NCBI GenBank assembly: GCA_051859245.1
Contig: JBHYGA010000001.1
Location: forward strand, 1,341,722 to 1,405,721
Length of the DNA: 64,000 nucleotides
Source: Gemmatimonadaceae bacterium
Lineage (GTDB): Bacteria; Gemmatimonadota; Gemmatimonadetes; Gemmatimonadales; Gemmatimonadaceae
Reading direction: 5' to 3'
Both the position numbers and the translations under genes were made by a program. Shown here piece after piece: positions 59,675 through 64,000 of the stretch; the stretch's first letter is position 1; each line of letters starts with the position of its first letter. Under the pieces are notes generated by a model. That model searched no databases, had not been told where the DNA came from, and saw nothing but the letters and a program-made list of their open reading frames with translations.

Positions 59675-61102
59675 TCAGTTGTTGCGCGAGCAGCGCTGTG
59701 ATGAGGTGTCGGCCATGAATTCGATCTCTTCACGTCGCATAATCGCAGTACGCACGTTCGCGCTACGAAGGCTCGTATCACGAATGTTGGCATTACGAAT
59801 GTTCGTATTACGAATGTTTGTATCACGAATGTTCGTATCACGAACGTTCACGTCACGCGCGTTCGCATCGCGCGCGATTGCACCGAGCGTTTCCGTCACC
59901 GTTCCGAACCATGCACTGTCATCGGCGTGCAGTTCGAACACAATGACGGCGCTGCCACTGACGCCGCGCCCTGTCAGTGTGCCCATGGCGTCCAGATCAA
60001 ACTTCGCGTCCGTTCGCGCGTCGCGCGTGGGCCAGCCCACCAACGTGAGCGTAAGTGCACCCGAGGCAGGCAGCGGCCCGCGCAGCATGCGAAGCATGGG
60101 CGCGCGACCACTCGATGAATCAGCAACGGCAACGAGACACTGCGACCGGCGCGGGGCAGGGAACGCTCGCGCCGACGACACCACGACCTGGCTGAGCGCC
60201 ATGACAGACGGAGTCAGTTCAAAGTTGACCGTCGTGGAATCCAGCGAGCCGCTGGCAATGGGTAGCGACGAGGCGGTGTAACCAATCCGCCTCGCGAGCA
60301 GTGCCGTCGCGTTCACCGGAACGTTGCGCAGCGTGTATTGACCCAGCGAATCCGTCACGACGCCAAGCGCGCTTCCGGGTACGGACACGCTTGCGCTGGC
60401 GAGCGGTCTGCCGCCGTCTGTCACGCGCCCGCTGACCGTGATCAAAGTGGTCGTCGCGACATCCGCCACTGCGCGACCAGCTGGCGGTGTCGCTGCGACC
60501 TCAGGCAACGCGCGCTTGGTTGGAAGTGAGGCATCTGGCTTGGGCACGGCTGGCGTGGCCGCACTCACCGGTTTTGGTGACGCGGGCGTGCGAACGGCAG
60601 CAGACGCAGTCGCCACCGTGCTGTCGCGCGTACCGTCGCGCATACCGTCGCGCGTACTGTCGCGCGTACGGTCGCTCGCGCGGTCGCGGTTCCCCATGTA
60701 CGACACGCCGGCGATCATCAGCATGAGCCCGGCGGCGATCTGCGCCACGAACCGCGTGCGCCAGCGTGAACTCGTCTTTGCCTTCTCCATCGGCGCGCCG
60801 GCGACAATGCGCGCCGACGCACGCCGCACATCGTCACGCGAGATAATCGACCGCGTTGTCACTTCCGCCGCATTCACAATACGCGCTGAGGCCGCAATAA
60901 ATCCGCGCGCCTCGGCCACCGCAGCATCGCAGCTTGCACACGAGCGCACGTGTTGCGCCACGGTGTTACTGTCATTGCGGTCCATCGCGCCATCAAGCCA
61001 GGCATGAATCGATTCTTCGGAGACATGACCATCCGTTGTCCATTCCGGACGGAACGTCGATGAGTCGAACGCGCCCAGCACTTCGTCGTCAGGATGCGGC
61101 AT
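59675..61102 (-). CDS. Zinc-finger (ZAS, zf-HC2) transmembrane anti-sigma factor with a periplasmic carboxypeptidase-regulatory-like domain
   Basis: ATG 61102 with GGAGG, overlapping the sigma stop; H...HVRSCASC; one TM; GRVTD...GQYTL...RRIGY...LSQVVV. Confidence 0.85.
   Translation of the reverse strand: MPHPDDEVLGAFDSSTFRPEWTTDGHVSEESIHAWLDGAMDRNDSNTVAQHVRSCASCDAAVAEARGFIAASARIVNAAEVTTRSIISRDDVRRASARIVAGAPMEKAKTSSRWRTRFVAQIAAGLMLMIAGVSYMGNRDRASDRTRDSTRDGMRDGTRDSTVATASAAVRTPASPKPVSAATPAVPKPDASLPTKRALPEVAATPPAGRAVADVATTTLITVSGRVTDGGRPLASASVSVPGSALGVVTDSLGQYTLRNVPVNATALLARRIGYTASSLPIASGSLDSTTVNFELTPSVMALSQVVVSSARAFPAPRRSQCLVAVADSSSGRAPMLRMLRGPLPASGALTLTLVGWPTRDARTDAKFDLDAMGTLTGRGVSGSAVIVFELHADDSAWFGTVTETLGAIARDANARDVNVRDTNIRDTNIRNTNIRNANIRDTSLRSANVRTAIMRREEIEFMADTSSQRCSRNN
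59748..59882. repeat. 15-bp degenerate tandem repeat, about 9 copies, inside the anti-sigma gene
   Basis: Core unit TCACGAATGTTCGTA; encodes RDANA/RDVNV/RDTNI/RDTNI/RNTNI/RNANI/RDTSL/RSANV. Confidence 0.9.
60623..60688. repeat. 12-bp tandem repeat, about 5.5 copies, inside the anti-sigma gene
   Basis: GTCGCGCGTACN units; encodes DRTRDSTRDGMRDGTRDST. Confidence 0.88.
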
Positions 61103-61607
61103 TTGCACCTCCACGCTCGTGTTCCCGCGCCAGCCCTTCGTAGCTTCGCACCACCTTCTTTCTCGCTCGCGTGAGTGTTGTGCCGACCGATTGCACGGAG
61201 AGACCCAGCGCGGCCGCAATCTCCTGGTAGTTCAATCCTTCCTGACTCATGTACAATGCGGCCCGGTCGCGCTCGGGGATGTCATTCAACGCTTCACGCG
61301 CCAGGATCGAGCGCCGCGCGTCGTCCGGGGAAACGTCCTCCGGCTCTGGCGCGCTATGCGACGCGTCGGCGTGCAATGCCATCAGATGCCGTCGCTGGCG
61401 CGTTTCCCGTCGAATCAGGTCACGAATCAGATTAGTGGCCACCGCAAAGAGCCACGCACGCTCATGCACCAGCGGTTGATGTCGCAGCGCGCGCACAAAC
61501 GTCTCCTGGGCCAGCTCCTCGGCCAGATCAGCGTCATGCAGCTGTCTGGTGAGATAGCGGACCAGTGGCGTGTGGAACTCGCGAAACAGACGCTCAATCT
61601 CTTGCAT
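61089..61607 (-). CDS. ECF RNA polymerase sigma factor
   Basis: Region 2 AEELAQETFV...AWLFAVATN; region 4 GLNYQEIAAALG...VGTTLTRAR. Confidence 0.93.
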   Translation of the reverse strand: MQEIERLFREFHTPLVRYLTRQLHDADLAEELAQETFVRALRHQPLVHERAWLFAVATNLIRDLIRRETRQRRHLMALHADASHSAPEPEDVSPDDARRSILAREALNDIPERDRAALYMSQEGLNYQEIAAALGLSVQSVGTTLTRARKKVVRSYEGLAREHERGGANAAS

Positions 61608-61661
61608 GCAGCAGGGTGCAGATTCATCAAGGCGTCCCGTATTCCGGCCGCGTCTTCATGC

Positions 61662-61690
61662 TAGACGCGCGACCCCGCAAAACTTGCACA
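61662..61690 (-). promoter_or_regulatory. Putative autoregulated ECF promoter
   Basis: TGTGCAAGTTTTG-N9-GCGTCTA. Confidence 0.7.
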
Positions 61691-61723
61691 ACTGGCGCTG
61701 GCTGCGTCCCAATACGGTGCTGC

Positions 61724-62497
61724 CTACGAACCGCCTGCTGTCGTCCCCGGCATGGGGAGACGATCGTCCACCAGGAACTGCGCTCGCTCGAAGACGTGGG
61801 TCTGTCTCGAACGCGTGAGATCACCACGCGTGAAGTCCACGGCGTTGCGCGTTGCGGTACAGTGCCACCGTTCGAAGTGTTGTGGCTGGGCCTGGTGGAA
61901 CACGGCGGGTGTGAATGCGCCGATGTTCACGCCCCCGTCGGCATCTCGAGCCGATTGATACGTGAACATCTCGACCTGAGCCTCGCGCATGGCGCGGCCG
62001 AGCGGCTGCGACGCGTGGTAGGATACCGGCGACGAGATCTCATTGGCGTAGGCAAGGAAGGGCTGTGTGGTCAGCTCGACGGCGCGCGCGCTGCGCATGC
62101 GCACGGTGAAACTTGAGAGCGAGGTGGTCACCGGCTCCAACGCCGCGTGTGTGCCTTCCAGGAACAGCAGTCGGTAGTACGCCACTTCGGCAAAGGCAGT
62201 GCGTTGCTGCAGCGCGCCATACCAGATTCCGCGTTCCTGTCGGGATCCAAAGCGCGAGCCGTAGCGCAGCGGCGGATATCGAAACGGTGTGAAGAGCAGG
62301 TAGTGCACGTTCGCCCCCTCTCGCGCCGGCGGCTTTACCCGCTCGATCAACTCCTCGAGCAACTCCTGTTCGGCCGCTGAGTCGACCAGTTTGCGCGTAG
62401 AGACTTCGTGCTGCGATTCGACCACGCGCCACGCGGCGCACCGCAGCGCGCGGATCTCAGAGTTGCCCGCGCATTGCATCCAGATACTGGACGACAT
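61724..62497 (-). CDS. RES-domain toxin (MbcT/ParT-like)
   Basis: GSRFG, WYGA...FAEVAYY, YQSAR (R-E-S residues). Confidence 0.88.
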   Translation of the reverse strand: MSSSIWMQCAGNSEIRALRCAAWRVVESQHEVSTRKLVDSAAEQELLEELIERVKPPAREGANVHYLLFTPFRYPPLRYGSRFGSRQERGIWYGALQQRTAFAEVAYYRLLFLEGTHAALEPVTTSLSSFTVRMRSARAVELTTQPFLAYANEISSPVSYHASQPLGRAMREAQVEMFTYQSARDADGGVNIGAFTPAVFHQAQPQHFERWHCTATRNAVDFTRGDLTRSRQTHVFERAQFLVDDRLPMPGTTAGGS

Positions 62498-62834
62498 CCA
62501 CCAGTCCCTCGACGGTTCGGATTCGCTCGGCGGGCACGCCGCCGAGATGGTCGTTCATGGACAGGAACCAGCCGCGCGCCTTCGTGTCATCACCGCCCAC
62601 GAGGGCGTCGAGGGAGCGAAAGAGCCGCACGAACATGAGCGCGAGTTCGCCTTCCTTGCTTTCCGGGTCCACGCCGCGACTGTGTTGCATGCGGGAGACG
62701 GAGGCCTCGCTGACACCGATCACGGCGGCAAGCTGGCGGCTCGTCAGTCCGAGGCGCTCAGCGGCTGACCGTGCCGCCTTGGCGACCACCAAGGCAGGGT
62801 TCGGATTGGTGAGAACAGTGGAGACAGAGCGCAT
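62457..62834 (-). CDS. Xre/MbcA/ParS-type antitoxin
   Basis: N-terminal HTH; C-terminal ARGWFLSMNDHLGGVP...GLVDVVQYLDAMRG; likely ATG 62834. Confidence 0.9.
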   Translation of the reverse strand: MRSVSTVLTNPNPALVVAKAARSAAERLGLTSRQLAAVIGVSEASVSRMQHSRGVDPESKEGELALMFVRLFRSLDALVGGDDTKARGWFLSMNDHLGGVPAERIRTVEGLVDVVQYLDAMRGQL

Positions 62835-62870
62835 GATTGAAAGAATACGGCACGTTTCTTTCTTGTGCAA
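62835..62870 (-). promoter_or_regulatory. Leaderless TA promoter with an inverted-repeat operator
   Basis: TTGCAC-17-TATTCT-7 nt-ATG; GAAAGAA-N10-TTCTTTC (62839-62862) overlaps the -10 element. Confidence 0.65.
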
Positions 62871-62904
62871 GCGTTGGGCTACTGTCGGCCGTCTGGAGTG
62901 GGCC

Positions 62905-62933
62905 TTGCACCAGGCCTCCAAGTTGGCTAATCT
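62905..62933 (+). promoter_or_regulatory. sigma70 promoter of rpmJ-rpsM-rpsK
   Basis: TTGCAC-17-TAATCT. Confidence 0.6.
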
Positions 62934-63158
62934 CAAGGTCTTGGCCTGAATCGGCTCCGTTTTGTGCGGGGGCGGTGCAGGCAGTCGTGTCGGCCCGCCG
63001 GCCACTTTTCCCAGCACATGTGCGCGGGATCGTCGTATCTCAACCGGGATACATCAACGATGCATCACATGTGATCCACCGACGAACTTCCGTCTGCAAA
63101 GCGGTTGTTCGCCACGGCGCGTAAGCGTCGGGACGCGCGAGCGTCGAGGGTATTCATC

Positions 63159-63275
63159 GTGAAGGTTCGCAGCAGCGTCAAGCCGATCTGCGAGCACTGC
63201 AAGGTCGTTAAGCGACAGGGCGTGACTCGTATTATCTGCAAGCGCAATCCCAAGCATAAGCAGCGTCAAGGCTAA
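63159..63275 (+). CDS. rpmJ: 50S ribosomal protein L36, Zn-binding type (absent from the ORF track)
   Basis: GTG start; [38 protein letters not shown]. Confidence 0.97.
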   Translation: MKVRSSVKPICEHCKVVKRQGVTRIICKRNPKHKQRQG

Positions 63276-63291
63276 GGGGAGCGCTTAACAC

Positions 63292-63669
63292 ATGGCACGT
63301 ATTTCTGGTGTCGATCTCCCGCGCGACAAAAAGGTTGAGATCGGCCTTACCTACATTTTTGGAATCGGCCGCGCCATGGCGCAGCGGATTCTTGCTGCGA
63401 CGGGTGTGGACAGCGCACAGCGCGTTCGCGACCTGTCAGACAGCGACGTCAACAAACTGCGTCAGGAAATCGAGCGCAATCATCGCGTGGAAGGTGCCTT
63501 GCGCACTGAAGTTGCGATGAACGTGAAGCGTCTCATGGACGTGGGCTCATATCGTGGTGGCCGTCACCGTCGCGGGCTTCCCGTGCGTGGTCAGCGTACA
63601 CACACCAACGCGCGCACCAAGAAGGGGCCGCGCCGCGCTATTGCGGGCAAGAAGAAGGTGACCAAGTAA
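63292..63669 (+). CDS. rpsM: 30S ribosomal protein S13
   Basis: [28 protein letters not shown]. Confidence 0.98.
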   Translation: MARISGVDLPRDKKVEIGLTYIFGIGRAMAQRILAATGVDSAQRVRDLSDSDVNKLRQEIERNHRVEGALRTEVAMNVKRLMDVGSYRGGRHRRGLPVRGQRTHTNARTKKGPRRAIAGKKKVTK

Positions 63670-63672
63670 ACC

Positions 63673-64000
63673 ATGGCTACCGCAAAGAAGAGCAAGCGCG
63701 TCGTCGAGGCGGAAGGCATCGCCCACGTCAGCGCCACGTTCAACAACACGACCATCACGATCACGGACATGCATGGCAACGCCGTGTCGTGGGGGTCCGC
63801 CGGCAAGGCCGGATTCAAGGGTTCCAAGAAGTCCACACCGTTTGCCGCCACTGTGGCGGGCGAACAGTGCGCGCGCGAGGCCTTGTCGGCCGGCGTGCGC
63901 CGGGTGCATGTGCGCGTGCAGGGTCCGGGAAGCGGCCGCGAGTCGGCCATCCAGGCGCTGTCCACCGCCGGTCTTCAAGTCAAGTCCATTCGCGACGTCA
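63673..64000 (+). CDS. rpsK: 30S ribosomal protein S11, 3'-truncated by the window edge
   Basis: [16 protein letters not shown]...[13 protein letters not shown]...[10 protein letters not shown]. Confidence 0.97.
   Translation, partial: MATAKKSKRVVEAEGIAHVSATFNNTTITITDMHGNAVSWGSAGKAGFKGSKKSTPFAATVAGEQCAREALSAGVRRVHVRVQGPGSGRESAIQALSTAGLQVKSIRDV

Noticed and set aside
59599..59841. N-terminal extension of the VWA ORF (MIRTFVIQTF...)
   Set aside because: Alternate-frame reading of the anti-sigma repeat; SD and promoter point to ATG 59598.
59748..59882. Possible CRISPR array
   Set aside because: Contiguous 15-bp units with no spacers, in frame within a gene, and no cas genes.

Overview
High-GC bacterial chromosome segment; gene content and lineage-specific hypotheticals suggest Gemmatimonadota (inference, no search run). 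In order: an amidohydrolase pair; an alternative complex III operon (actABCDEF); tRNA-Ala(TGC); a frameshifted REC-GGDEF-EAL gene; peroxiredoxin; Hsp20; a four-gene signalling operon; tonB-exbB-exbD-exbD plus a second TonB-like gene; a peptidoglycan-salvage cluster (NamZ, NagZ, serine hydrolase, SSS transporter, MurK-like kinase) interrupted by an A-type Fe-S carrier gene; a long coupled run (PI(P)-synthase-like enzyme, ino1, 2-oxoacid dehydrogenase E1/E2, hypotheticals, PHP, SDR, trxB, MBL); aspA; rrf2; tRNA-Leu(CAG); smpB; amidase; pyrD-pyrF; a ~13 kb accessory block (EAL-CBS-GGDEF, fused glucosylglycerol synthase/phosphatase, S1/P1 nuclease, TetR plus monooxygenase, decayed vapBC, ECF/anti-sigma/VWA module, Xre-RES toxin-antitoxin); then rpmJ-rpsM-rpsK. 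No CRISPR array, integrase or transposase was seen. Best leads: (1) an ECF module whose target promoter can be read directly, as TGTGCAAGTTTTG-N9-GCGTCTA before both the sigma and VWA genes, and whose anti-sigma and target share a TonB-receptor-like domain; (2) Bacteroidota-type O-glycosylation sequons enriched in exported proteins; (3) an ActB that keeps a full FS0 Cys motif; (4) a single-base frameshift inside the EAL DDFG motif; (5) a structured leader before rpmJ.
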